Notes: generated from the letters alone by a model not told the origin. 64,000 nt of DNA from Rhizodiscina lignyota (GCA_010015805.1 ML978124.1:1-64000), one strand, 5' to 3'; positions 1 through 11,529 are shown, counted from the first letter of the stretch. Numbers and translations: made by a program.

Positions 1-156
1 ACAGAATTCAACAGTCGACTAGCAGCCTTACAAACCGACTTGGATACACTCAAGGCAGAGGTCACAAAGCTGCAAACACAAGTGCTGGCACAAAGGGAGG
101 CAAAGGCTCAGGCACAGGCACAAGGAGGAAGGCAAGGCAGGGAGGCTAGAGAGTGA
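1..156 (+). CDS. Possible 3' end of a gene entering from outside the window (coiled-coil-like C-terminus)
   Basis: Frame +1 is open from base 1 (TEFNSRLAALQTDLDTLKAEVTKLQTQVLAQREAKAQAQ...) to TGA at 154-156, with heptad-like Leu/Val spacing. No family recognised. Confidence 0.3.
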   Translation, partial: TEFNSRLAALQTDLDTLKAEVTKLQTQVLAQREAKAQAQAQGGRQGREARE

Positions 157-327
157 AGGAACAGATGGAACAGGCCTGAAGCACACTGTTTAAGGCCTGA
201 ATACTTGAAAGGAGCCAAAGCTTTCATAAAAAGTGTTTATTTTAAAGAGATTATAAGGCATATTGTATGATTAGTCAGGCAGGAACCCCCACGTGGGCCA
301 GAAATGGCCTAAAAGGGCGAATGAAAA

Positions 328-347
328 TCTCTCTCTCTCTCTCTCTC
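328..347. repeat. (TC)n microsatellite
   Basis: About 10 TC units directly visible, downstream of the 412..951 gene. Confidence 0.9.
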
Positions 348-411
348 CCGTCCATTCCACCCTTCTTTTCACGTGATTGTATATCGCCAATTCCAGCTCG
401 GTCTGAACGAT

Positions 412-951
412 TTATTCTGCAACTCTTGGACATGGGCTTTGATCTTGTTGCCCACTCGCTGCTTCGCCATCTTCCTCCTTGCTTTCAGCGGGCGCAGCGT
501 CTTTGAACACCGCAAAGCTCGACGGCATTTCCCCCAGGACAGGAAAATGAAAGCCGCACTTGGGACATTGCTCGTGCAACACGGCCTGCTCCTGCGCGAG
601 ATCGTACTTCTTGTCCTGCGTCTCGTTGCACACGGGGCACACGCGGAGCAGTCGGGTGCCGACGAGCTCGAAGTTGGTGATGATGTCCTCCATGATGGCG
701 CCGTTAGCGGCCCACGTTTTGCAAAACTTGTGGTAAGTGTCCTTGTGCCAGTCATACAGCGCACCGCGGCTCGTCCAGAAGCTGCATTCGTTGTACCAGC
801 TTCGGTCGTCCGGGTGCTCCCACCACGTCAGGTGGAGGAAGCCCGGGAGTTTCATCAGGTGCCGACGCGTGTCGGCGAAGAGGACTTTGAACTTCTCGTA
901 CGCGTCCGGGCTAGAGAAGCGCACACGTTGCATGCTGAGATAGATCGTCAT
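412..951 (-). CDS. ABM-like (dimeric alpha+beta barrel) protein with C-terminal zinc ribbon; intronless, bacterial-looking
   Basis: 179-aa ORF with LPGFLHLTWW...SFWTSRGALYDWHKDTYHK (ABM-type PGF...W-x-S...W...H pattern), then CPVC-x20-CPKC. Fungal-style start context CAGCATG with a C/T-rich leader. Confidence 0.7.
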   Translation of the reverse strand: MTIYLSMQRVRFSSPDAYEKFKVLFADTRRHLMKLPGFLHLTWWEHPDDRSWYNECSFWTSRGALYDWHKDTYHKFCKTWAANGAIMEDIITNFELVGTRLLRVCPVCNETQDKKYDLAQEQAVLHEQCPKCGFHFPVLGEMPSSFAVFKDAAPAESKEEDGEAASGQQDQSPCPRVAE

Positions 952-2062
952 GCTGTATTTGCGAGGGAGGTTTGTGAGGGAAGCTTCAATCGAAATAACT
1001 ATCCTATGTTTCTGGAAGTGGTGCTGTGCGTGTGAGGAGAGCGACAGAAAGAAAGCGTTTAATACCTAAAGTACTTATGGGTTGGACGACGTATATGGCC
1101 AAACAACCCGAGCGACCAGAGGATCAGCCAAACTCACTAAGATAGCAGAAATGGGCTGGACGCGATATCAGTAAAGTCGATTCGATCGACATGATTGAGA
1201 AGCATGGTTTTGCGGACCACGCCGCTCACAACAGTCTCCGTGTCTTATACGCAGTAAGGAGTCCAATAAGCCACCAGTACAATCGTCTCTGAGTAAAGAG
1301 TTCTCTGTGACTCGCTATCTTTCGAAACTATAACGTAGATGGTCGATTCCCACGTGAGCGCGCGGGACGTAGTGGGATTAGTGTACAATATGCAGATTGC
1401 AGGGTATATTGCGCTAGTCGAATCAGGCGCAACGACTCATGGAACATAAGGGTAAGAATGTCAACGTCTCGTTTTGTTCAACTACGATCCATTACCTCGC
1501 TATCGACACCTTCACAGTGTCCAAGCCTCATATCCCTTTCCCATGAGCATTCACTCCCGCCCCATCACAGCTTCACTACTAAAAAGTCGCTCAAATCTCT
1601 CTGTGGGGTCATTAAAAACTCATCCGAACTGATTGGCACCATGCTGAAGCTTCGGCTGGTCACCGTCGTCGATTAGCAAGATGAGACGTGATCAGATTAC
1701 CATTTGCTATCGATCCGAATGAAATACACAGGCTAAAATTTATGCAGCGATGTTGTCATAAGAGAAGCTGAGTTCGGTAGCATCTAAGAGACATACATGA
1801 AAATCGATTCGCACTGGAACGAGTACGCGCTGTGTCCGCTCAACTACAAGCAATCCTATGAACAATCACTCCAACGCCGGAACCTTCTTAGCATGAGCGT
1901 ACCGCTCAGCGCTAGCCACACAAACGGCAGACTGCTATTCTGCTTTGGACAAACATCATCCCTTCACATTAATGTCATTCCTTCCAGTCCCAATTCGCCG
2001 ATCTGGAGCTTCCGCAACGCAACTTGCCCATTCTCGAGTTCTTGACACATCTGCACAACAAT

Positions 2063-2658
2063 CTAATTGCTGAAGAAATATGTGGCTGCGGCCACTGGCC
2101 CAAGCTTCGCCTGCTTCTCGAAATTCGAAAGATCCCATCTCATGCGATCCTTGATACCGTATCCACACGCTTTCGTAAACTGTCCTACATCACAGTCCTC
2201 CGGCTGTTGATAGAGAAGGAAGAGATATCGATGCGGACTGCTGATTGGTGGAGGACGTGGGGGCGCCCAGAAAGCGATCACAGGATCGGAGGAGGTCAGA
2301 ACACCACTTGATGCCTCAACCTCGAGGCCAGTCTGTAGCCAGTGTAGGGCGGGACTTAAAGGCGCAAAAGAAGGAAAGGGTGCATCGATGTCAAGACTGA
2401 TGACAATGAACTTCTGTCCCGAGAGCGCATTCCAGGTAAGTGTTGGGAGCCCATGAGCTTCTAACAAAGATCAGGTTAGCGAAAGAAGCGCACATTATGG
2501 TTTGCATCGTCGCGCAACGGATCCGTAACTAACTCACCTCCTTTGGGAATCTTCTCACCGGGTTTCACCTCGCGGGTCCCGAACTTCAAACCAATGACTT
2601 TCGAATCATCATTCTCAATTAGTGACAGCACCGCTTTGATGATCGGATTATCTCCCAT
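2063..2658 (-). CDS. PEBP/RKIP family protein (Tfs1-like), 2 exons, about 172 aa
   Basis: Exons 2658-2538 and 2460-2063; intron 2461-2537 (GTGAGT...GCTAAC...TAG). Motifs LDIDAP, LHWLQ and PPP-ISSPHRYLFLLYQQP are typical of PEBP. Confidence 0.88.
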
Positions 2659-3337
2659 GGTGAAGAAAGTAAAGCTCCGCAGTAATTTCGAATGCGGACT
2701 CCTTTCTGTATCTAAGATAAAGGGAGGAGTGATTTGTCAATGTCAGTCGTGTAAGAATATAGCCTGAAAAGGGATCGGCAGATGTTAAAAACCTTCTACG
2801 GAGTATGGGAGTAGGAATAAAAGAATTATAATCGCCACCGGTGATGGCTCTATTGCGACTACTGTGGTGATCCATCCATAATGGCTTTGGATGCCCGGTC
2901 CCGGGCCGGTTCCGGAAATGGGGCCGGAGTCGCTCCCAGCCTGGACTGTTTGTTGATCGAGCGATGCAACGAATAACGCGCGAAAACTTCTCAACGCCTG
3001 TATTTCACAGTCATTCGGCGTGCTCAGTCATTTAGCCCTCAATTCCTTCTAATTCCGATCCCTGAAAGCGGAAATACCCTACTTAAACGCCTTCGTACAC
3101 GCCTTGTTGTGAACATGGCATCTTTCTCTGCTTCAATTATCAAGACAGGCAACAGCAGAGAACTGTTTTTGGTAGCTAAACGGCGATAAACCGTCTCTGT
3201 TTTCTACTTTAATAGGTATTGCAATTCCCCAGTTATCAATATTTCGTGAATGGGCTGATGGTTTTGACACAGACACACGTTTCTCAGTAGACCCTGTCTA
3301 CTCATCGCCACGAACAGTTACCGTTCTCTCTTGTGAC

Positions 3338-5079
3338 ATGAACAGCGAAGAGAAAATAAGTGTCCTTCCCGATAGCGATGATGCCAAAGACACCAAAAAT
3401 ATCTCTGGGCCAGATGCTTCCGATCCACCAGCGTCAGAGCCAACGAAGAATTACATCGAAGCTCAAAATGCCGACTTGACGCTATCAAGGACCAAAAGCG
3501 AGAAGCCGTACACAGCCTTTTCCCCCGCTGCCAAATGGTTTATCGTAGTCATGACTGCCATGGCATCATTCTTCTCACCTCTATCCGGGCAGATTTACTT
3601 CCCTGTCCTGCCAATCCTGACAAAGTCCTATCATCTATCTGAGAGTCTCATCAATGTCTCTGTTACAACGTATATGATTTTCCAAGGTCTCGCACCGAGC
3701 TTCATGGGCACATTCTCCGATGCCAGTGGCCGAAGATTGGGATATATTCTTGCCTTCACCATCTACACAGGTGCGAATATTGGTCTTGCGCTACAGGATA
3801 ACTATGCGGCCTTACTCATACTGCGGTGCCTGCAGAGCGCGGGCAGTAGTGGCACAATTTCATTCGGTTACGGTGTTATTGCTGATATCGCCACTACCGG
3901 AGAGCGAGGGAAGTACTTTGGTCCGATGGCAGCAGGTGTCTTGACAGCGCCAGCCCTCGGACCAACCATTGGTGGTCTCTTGACGCAGTTCCTTGGATGG
4001 AGATCGGTCTTCTGGTTCCTGACAATTATCAGCGGGGGCTATCTTGTGCTGTATATCATCCTCATGCCGGAAACGCATCGCGGGATTGTAGACGACGGAA
4101 GCATTGTGCCGGATCAATGGTGGCGCCAGTCACTAGTGCAATATCTAGCCGCTCGACGTCGGCTGAAGAGAATGAATGTCGACGAAAAGGACGATTATGA
4201 GCGTTCGCAGCAAGCTCTTATAGAACGGCGGCAGGCTACGAAGATCCGTTTCCCAAATCCACTTGGATCCTTTGTCATCCTTACGAACCCGGACGCATTC
4301 TGTCTCATCATGTACTCGGGAATAATGATGTTCTGTAACTTAGTTCTGATGACAAGTACGGCAACCGTGTTTCCTGGTTTGTACGGCCTCGACGAGCTGC
4401 AAGTGGGACTGTGTTTCCTGTAAGTTGGACTTGTCTTCTCGCCAATTCAATGCATCGGTACTGACTGAGACATTAAAGACCGCTCGGCATTGCTGCCACA
4501 GTCGGCTCCTTCTGCAATGGACGTCTTCTCGACTGGAATTACCGCCGCACTGCACTCAGACTAGGACTCACAGTGGACAAGAAACGTGGCGACGATCTTC
4601 GCAATTTCCCCATTGAGCGGGCTCGCCTCCAGAACGTTTTCTTCTTCCAAATATTGCAGATGGCCGCTTATCTGCCTTACGGCTGGGCCCTCCAGAAGCA
4701 TGCTTCCCTCGCGGTGCCACTCGTCTTGCAAGGTATTTTGGGCCTCTGTTTGGTGATCACATCGAATTCGATAAGCACACTACTTTCCGATATTTACCCC
4801 AGGAATGTCTCAACTGCGTCAGCAGCGTCGAACCTCATCCGCTGCAGCTTGGGTGCCATTGGAGCGGCTGTCGTAAATGATATGTTAACCGCCATGGGAT
4901 TAGGTTGGGGTTTCACCTTCATCGGCTTGCTCATGGCGGCAGCGATTGGCTTCTTGTGGGTCGAAGTGGTATGGGGAATGGGATGGCGGCAGAAGCGTTG
5001 GCAGAAACTGGAAGCGAAGCAACAAGCCGAGAAAGAGAAAAAGGCCCAGGACGAAGCCACTAAGGAGCCTGCGGCATGA
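3338..5079 (+). CDS. MFS drug:H+ antiporter (DHA1/QDR-like), 2 exons
   Basis: Hydrophobic ORFs 3338-4423 and 4573-5079 are joined by an intron at about 4420-4478 (GTAAGT...CTGAC...AAG), giving ...LCFLPLGIAATVGSFCNGRLLDWNY. Motifs YFPVLP, SDASGRR, GPTIGG and AASNLIRC are present. Confidence 0.92.
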
Positions 5080-5708
5080 ATCTTTTAGAATGACTGCGTT
5101 TTTCTGTTTTGGGCTTGCATATTGACGTCTTCAACGTGAGCAATATCAAAGTCGAGGTGGGATTTGCTAGGAAAAGAGAGATGGCGGAGGACTCGCTTTT
5201 GTCGGCCGATTTGTGTGGGCGTACGTTTGGGCATCCAAGGCACCGAGATACCAAACTGTCGACAGTGAATTTACTCGTAAAATAGATGGAGTGGGTACTG
5301 TCCATGAGTGTAGAGACTGGGATTCTCTAGTAGATTTCACAGAGACAGAACAAACGAGAGGACTTTAAAGGATGCTAGAGTGTGTATGATACACTCACTA
5401 TCCCAATCAGTCCTCTGCTTCAACGGAATGCGATGTCTTCCTATTGCTCGCGCCCTCTTGTACACCGCTCCCACCTTCTGAATCTTAGCCATATTTTCCT
5501 TTTGCGCTCTTCTTTGCACTGCTTCGACTCCTCGCAGCTTAATTACCTCCTCTCCAGCGCTCTTCTTTGCTCCGATTCTACTCCTTGGCGATTCGCGGCC
5601 CTCTACTGTGAGATATGCTTGTTCCATGAGTGAGGCCCTCATCTCTTCCCATTTCTTCTTGATGGCCACAGCAAGGTCGCGTGCGGATGGTTCACGGTCT
5701 TAAAGAGC

Positions 5709-7586
5709 TTAGGCCTCATTCCTCTCTGCGTGCAGCACCTCCAACCATTTCCTAGGGAATATCTTGATCACGAACAGTAGCTCAATCGGGCCTAGATATT
5801 GGCCTCGGCTAATCTCACGCACTTGGCCGCACAGCACAGAAACCCAGTGATTTGGCAGAAGAAAGGAGCCGGCCGTATGTTTTGCGCCGGTATCAGTGGA
5901 CAACTGACCTTTCTCTGTTGCGCGAAAACAACCTGACAAGGACGGTTGGGACATCCAGCGCCTTTCGTGGATTTGTTTCTGGACCCAGAGATCAATCGAG
6001 AGGACTTCCTTTCCCGATTCCGAAAATGTTACACGACCACAGGTTTCCTGGCCCCATCGTACAGTCCAGCCAATCACTTGGCGCTCGTCAGAGGTCCTGT
6101 CAGTCACATATATAGTGTTGACATCCTCAACTCTGATCGAATCAGTCCGGCTAACGTCGTATTTACACGATAGGGATAAGCTAGTAAGCGCAGTTGGGAA
6201 ACGAATGTCTGGAGCAGGTTCTCCAAGCAGGATGGTGCGAGCAGTTGGGGGAAGGTCATCCAGGATGATGAATTGGTCAACATGGATTCGTTTCAGTTCT
6301 GCACCTCGGACGTACAAAAGAATCCCCAGGTAGTTCTGTGGGCGGCGGCCTCTCATTGCGGACTTCGACTTCAACTCCGACGACTCTGTTTCCATGTGGC
6401 AGTTCAAGGCCATTACACAAAGATTCTTGAAGTTCACGCTGACTCTGAAGCAGTAGGCTTTAACCTGTAGGCCTCTGTTCGTGACTGTAAACGGCTTGTC
6501 CATTGCCATCAGGAAATGATTTCTGAACTGAGAAGGTCGAACCATTGCTGACATTTTGAAGTCCCTGGGAGATTTCGCCAATGGCACATGGCTATAGGAG
6601 GGCGTTAATTCAAAATCTCGCCGCCAAGCAAGAATGGACATGTCGTTTGATATTTTCATGATTTCTTCTTGTAGACGATGGAATGCTTGCGTGCCTTCGC
6701 CATAGAGCATTGGCATATTAACAGCGAAAATACCCATAAGGCAGTAGGCCATATCCTCGGAGCGTGAAGTTTCACGTTGTGATGCCCATGACATCCGTTG
6801 CGCGATGCTTCGCTCATGTATGTGGCGAGAGTCTGAAAGAGCATCGCTATCGATTCCGGTAATCCGCTGCAGGATAGCCGTAAGGGTGTATTTAGTACCA
6901 ATCTTCTTCCAGCCTCCAGTGAAAAAGACCACGTGCTTTGGTGCAATCAACTCTTGCAGGGTCCACCCTCTCGTGAACCAGCGAGACTTTGCAAATTCTG
7001 AATTTTCGATTGCAAACGAGTCGACATTGATTTGGGTATGAGAGTCAAAATCTTCATTCGAATCGATGCCGTCATCCAAGTCAATATCGTCATCTGAGTT
7101 GATATCGTCATCTGAGTTGATATCGTCATCTGAGTAGACACCATCATCAGGGTCGACATTGTCTTCAGAGTCGACATCGACATCCATATCGGCATTCAAA
7201 TTGGAGACCGAATCAGAAAAGGAGGCCGACTCGAATAAGGGGTCGACATTGACGACGTCGGAAAGATACGCATAGCATACCTCTGATCTCTGGTACCATC
7301 TGAACATCGAGTTGAGCGCTTCTTGGAGTTCTGCGCTACTGCTTTTATCTATGCAGCAGGTATCGATCCAGCAATACTCTAAGCCATCGTCGCGAGCCTG
7401 ATCACACACAAATTTCACCTTGATGAATGAAGCCTTCAAAGCTGCTTGCTGAGGTCCCATGGCCATATCCTGAAATAGAATTTCATCTTCAGGTGCGCCC
7501 CACGTGTGCGATAGAATCGCATACGGTGGAGGATCATCAGACGAGACGTTTTCAAGCTTGAGCGAGGCTGTATGCAAAAGGCGCAT
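5709..7586 (-). CDS. HET-domain (heterokaryon incompatibility) protein with acidic repeat insertion
   Basis: MRLL...PPYAILSHTWG, WIDTCCIDKSSSAEL, NSMFRWY, SRWFTRGWTLQELIAP, SIAQRMSWASQRETSR-ED-AYCLMGIF-VNMPMLYGEG: canonical HET-E-type N-terminal HET motifs. No NACHT or WD40 domain follows. Confidence 0.93.
   Translation of the reverse strand: MRLLHTASLKLENVSSDDPPPYAILSHTWGAPEDEILFQDMAMGPQQAALKASFIKVKFVCDQARDDGLEYCWIDTCCIDKSSSAELQEALNSMFRWYQRSEVCYAYLSDVVNVDPLFESASFSDSVSNLNADMDVDVDSEDNVDPDDGVYSDDDINSDDDINSDDDIDLDDGIDSNEDFDSHTQINVDSFAIENSEFAKSRWFTRGWTLQELIAPKHVVFFTGGWKKIGTKYTLTAILQRITGIDSDALSDSRHIHERSIAQRMSWASQRETSRSEDMAYCLMGIFAVNMPMLYGEGTQAFHRLQEEIMKISNDMSILAWRRDFELTPSYSHVPLAKSPRDFKMSAMVRPSQFRNHFLMAMDKPFTVTNRGLQVKAYCFRVSVNFKNLCVMALNCHMETESSELKSKSAMRGRRPQNYLGILLYVRGAELKRIHVDQFIILDDLPPTARTILLGEPAPDIRFPTALTSLSLSCKYDVSRTDSIRVEDVNTIYVTDRTSDERQVIGWTVRWGQETCGRVTFSESGKEVLSIDLWVQKQIHERRWMSQPSLSGCFRATEKGQLSTDTGAKHTAGSFLLPNHWVSVLCGQVREISRGQYLGPIELLFVIKIFPRKWLEVLHAERNEA
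7045..7195 (-). repeat. 18-bp tandem repeat inside the HET CDS, encoding [IV][DN]SDDD-like hexapeptides
   Basis: atatcgtcatctgagttg at 7084-7101 and 7102-7119, a partial copy at 7120-7135, and degenerate units on both sides. Confidence 0.9.
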
Positions 7587-7920
7587 TGCGAGCCGGTGCG
7601 AGGAGAATGATCAGAGTGATTTAGCGTTCTCGACGACGGAATTAAATCTGCGAAAAGGGAGAAATTCTGCAAGAGAAGAAATTCTCCGTGAGAAAGGACC
7701 GAAAAGTCTTACTTGAAGAGTCTCTTGTGTCCCTGTGAGACGCGTCACGCAGATGCGGCCGCCAATACAGCAGCTATGTTGGCGAAGTGTCATCGCGCCT
7801 AATTAGGACTCAGCTGTAGGCTCCTCACCACGCAACGGGGAGGGTATATGCGCTGAGCAGGCATTGTTTACGGAGTACGGATAGTAGTCGTACCGAAATG
7901 GAGAGGCATTTTCCCTGCGC

Positions 7921-8037
7921 GGACCACGCGATGTCGAGGATTCGGCATCGGATTTTCATTTTTTCCAGCCTTTCGAGGGTCGGAAAAATGGAAAAAGCAT
8001 TATCCGATACCGAATCCCCATCAATATCACGTGCTCC
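7921..8037. repeat. Imperfect palindrome of about 117 bp (MITE-like or cruciform)
   Basis: Left arm ggaccacgcgatgtcga-ggattcggcatcggat matches the reverse complement of the right arm, ggagcacgtgatattga...ggattcggtatcggat. Inner arms tttttcc / ggaaaaa flank a central tcga. Confidence 0.75.
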
Positions 8038-8807
8038 GGCGGCAGGTCACATTTCGATTTTCACGTGATTTCGCAACTGTCACCCCTGCTGAAGAATTGT
8101 TCTTGTATGGGCAGGGGAGAAAGAGCTCTTTCGATGCGCTACATCTCTACCTTGTCATTCGATCGTAGGGCCGCGGATGAAGTGGGAGTTGAAAAACTCT
8201 ACGGATTATTTACCAGCCTCTCATATTTCCTACGCAACACTTCCCCCTGCTCTACTTTTTCATAATCTCATAATGTCATAATCCCACCAATGCCAGGGCG
8301 CCCAAGATCCAAAAGATCGACAGCAGCGCTCGTCCCGTCACAAGACGCTTGCCGTGCCGCTCTCGAGATGGAGGCGGTGTCGTCTACTGGTCCAGACTTG
8401 CGGTGAGATGACGCGCCACCGTCTACGGAGCACAACCCGCCTGTCAGAATACGATAATGCGGGGATGGGAATTCCGCGAATCCCATCATTGGTCATGACG
8501 AACATGTAGATTTCGCCCATTTTCCATCACGCGCTGCAAATCTCGCTTGAGGTGCTCTGCTGCCTTACTTTGCATGCGGAGATGTAGACTGACGTATTGA
8601 GGGGGGAAGACGTAGGCAGCAACTGACGTATCGACGAGCTCGAAGGAGGGTAAGGGCATAAAACGGGGACTTTTAATAAATGTGCAGTGCGTAGTCGGTT
8701 CCAAATTTTCATTCGAATTTTCATCAAATCCAAATCGTCACGATTCAATAATTCACCTTTTTGTAAATTCCACGATCAATAAAAACTTTACCTCCGACTC
8801 TCAAATC

Positions 8808-11529
8808 ATGGACAAGGTTCAAGAATTCCACGACCAGCAGTTAAATGAGACCCAAAAAGGTCATGTTCAAACTGCTATCAACGCCGTACGTGTATTGATG
8901 TCCTCCAAGCTAATGTGGCCGTTAATTGACGTTTCAAAATAGGCGTCCCAGATGTTCGAGGCGGTAACGGGGATCATTACAGGCGGAGGTCAGTCAGGGA
9001 AAAACTCCACTGGAGCCCAGGGAGAGAATGCTACTGGAGATGGCAAGCAAGAAGCTCAAGGGGCAGAGGATCAGTCTCAAAATAAGGAGGGAGATGAGCC
9101 GAAGCCGGAGCAAACGAGCAATGACTCAGCCATCAGCGCTGATGAAGCCCAAGCAAAGGATAAGAGCCAGTCGAAAGATCAAGATGATGCGGCCGACACC
9201 AGCAAGCCAGAGCAGCAGAAAGACGTGACAGACTCCACCAATACTGAAACTCAAGAGCAGTCAAGCAAGGGTGACTCCTCTGAAGAGCCACAAGATACAT
9301 CAACGGGAGCGAAGGACGGGACGACTGCTGGCCCTTCCGATCCTGAAACGAGCAAAGACGATTCTCAGGCAGAGCCAAAAGAGCAACCTTCGGGAGCTGC
9401 CGAATTTACTGAGTCACAAGAACAACCAGAAGCTGACAAGTCTTCCGATGACAAGAAGGCCGAAAATGAAGGTGCTAGCCCCGAGGAGATGAAAGATGCC
9501 GGCATAACCAAGACAGAACCGGACCTTCTTGAAGCGTCAGAAGATAGTCAGCCCAGCAGGGAAGAAGCTCAGAAGAGGGCTGCGGAGAATGATCCAACCA
9601 GTGAAAATCAGGAGGAGACTGGCAGCCAACAAGAGTCTGAAAAGCCGGCGGAATCGAAGGATGACGATCGCGAGGAGGCGTCCAAGGATCAAACTGAAGG
9701 AGGAAACAATCAAGATGACGGCGCTAGTGGCTTGAAGGGTGCTGTCGCCGAAGCTACCCCGGAAAATAATCACGAGAATGAATCTAAAGATCGTTCTGAG
9801 GAGAGTGCCCAGGATACCTCTGAGGACAAGCCTGAACCAAAGCAGGATGAGAAGCTGAGCGGTCAGCCTGAAAGTGGAGAACAAACGTCTCAGCCCAGCG
9901 AAGAGACACCATCGCAATTCGAGGACGCTCAGGACAAGCCCGAAGAGAAGTCTGAGCAAACGCAGGCTGTGCTGGGTGAGAAGCCTGAAGAGGGAGAGCA
10001 GGCTAATCAGGACGATAAAGGAGACGAGCCTTTGACTCAAGAAGGTGGTCAAGAAAATGATAAGCCAGAGAGCGGTGAGAACAAAGTCGAGGACATCGGG
10101 ACACACAACACTGAAGGGAACCTGCCAGAAGCGTCAGAAAAGGAAGGACCCAGTGCGGACGATGCCGGTGAGAAGGCTGAGGATAATGGCCGTAAAGTGG
10201 AAAGCTCGGCGGATGCGCAGGCCGGTAAAGACGAACAACCGAGAAAAGATGAGGCAGAGGTGGGAGACCAACAGCAAGGAGATGAGGAGTCCAAGAGCGC
10301 TATGGAGTCGAGCAAACCCACCAATGCCGCCGATGCCACCGATTTGAATGATGCAAACGAACCCGATGAATCGAACGCACCCAACGATGCAAACAAAGGC
10401 AACCAGGCTAATGAAGACAATGAAACAAAGGCCGCTGGCATGAATGAAATAGAGCCAGGTCTCATAGAAGCGTCAGAGACTGAGCAGCCAAGTTCAGACG
10501 ATGCCCGACAGAAGGCCGAGGAGAACGCCCCTCAGCTCGAAGAGCCAAACAATGAGTTGGGCGGAGAGAAGCAAGATCCAGATGAAAGAGCCGGAGACGA
10601 CAAGCCAGAATCCGATAAGCAAGCCGGAGGTGACAAGTCAGAAACTGACAGACAGCCGAGTCAAGAAGATTCGAAGGCAGATGAGCAGGAAGATGTCAGT
10701 GAACCCAAACAAGTTGGTGAGACTGACAAACCCGACGATGCGAACAAAGCAAGCGACGCCAACGAAGTAAAAGACGCTGGTATGCACGAGACAGAGCCAG
10801 ACCTGTTAGAGGCGTCGCAGACTGAGCAACCGAGTTCTGACGAAGCGCGAGAGAAGGCGAAGGAGAATGCTCCAACCGTCGAAGGTTCAAGTGATCAGCA
10901 AGGCGAAGGCGACAAACTACAGGACGATGAGCCGAGAAATGAGTCCGCCCCGGGAGACCTGCAGCAGCAGGACGAGAGTTCTGCGGAAGTTAAGGAACCT
11001 GGCAGCGCAGAGTCCCAGGGCGACGGCATACCTGGAGCATATCAATCTGGAGAGAAGGAAACAATAAAGACTGATGACTCGGCTCCCGAAGCGGCCGACT
11101 CTCAAGATCCCGAAACGTCCAAGCCAGATGCTGATAACGTCGAACCAAAAACTGAAGACTCGCAATCGAAGGGAACAGATCCCAACTGGAATCGCCAGGA
11201 GTCCTTACTTGAAGCCGGCGAGTCTGCGCCACAAGGATCTGACCCCAGCAGCGCGCGCGAGTTACCCGATCGCTCTAACACCGGAGATACTGGAGACGCT
11301 ACAAACTTGAGCAAGGTAGATACACCGATGGCGGATCAGCAGCTCAATTCTGGTGATGGGATTTCTGCGGGAAACGATGTGGAGGAGGAAGATGATGGTA
11401 CCGCAGGTAAGCGAGCCTAAGTCTACATAAGATGCGTGCATGCTAATTGTCGGAGAAGATTCCTCTGGGAAGAAGGAGAAGTTCACGGACAAGATGAAGA
11501 GGAAGATCAAAGAAGTGCGCCAGCACTAA
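8808..11529 (+). CDS. Large acidic, hydrophilic, probably disordered protein with internal ~36-aa repeats (hydrophilin/dehydrin-like), 3 exons
   Basis: Exon 1 8808-8885 (MDKVQEFHDQQLNETQKGHVQTAINA); intron 8886-8942; long E/D/Q/S/K-rich exon; intron from 11407 (GTAAGC...GCTAAT...AG); last exon DSSGKKEKFTDKMKRKIKEVRQH*. Confidence 0.8.

Noticed and set aside
373..1035. 220-aa + strand ORF overlapping the ABM-like gene
   Set aside because: Antisense shadow of a codon-biased gene; no recognisable motifs.
5337..5669. Lys/Arg/Glu-rich ORF, possible transposase C-terminal remnant
   Set aside because: No DDE motif, TIRs or TSD visible; the resemblance is compositional only.
7084..7135. Direct repeats considered as CRISPR-like
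   Set aside because: Head-to-tail with no spacers, in-frame within a eukaryotic CDS.
8268..8748. Cluster of short minus-strand ORFs, possible pseudogene
   Set aside because: No family motif recognised and no consistent splice model.
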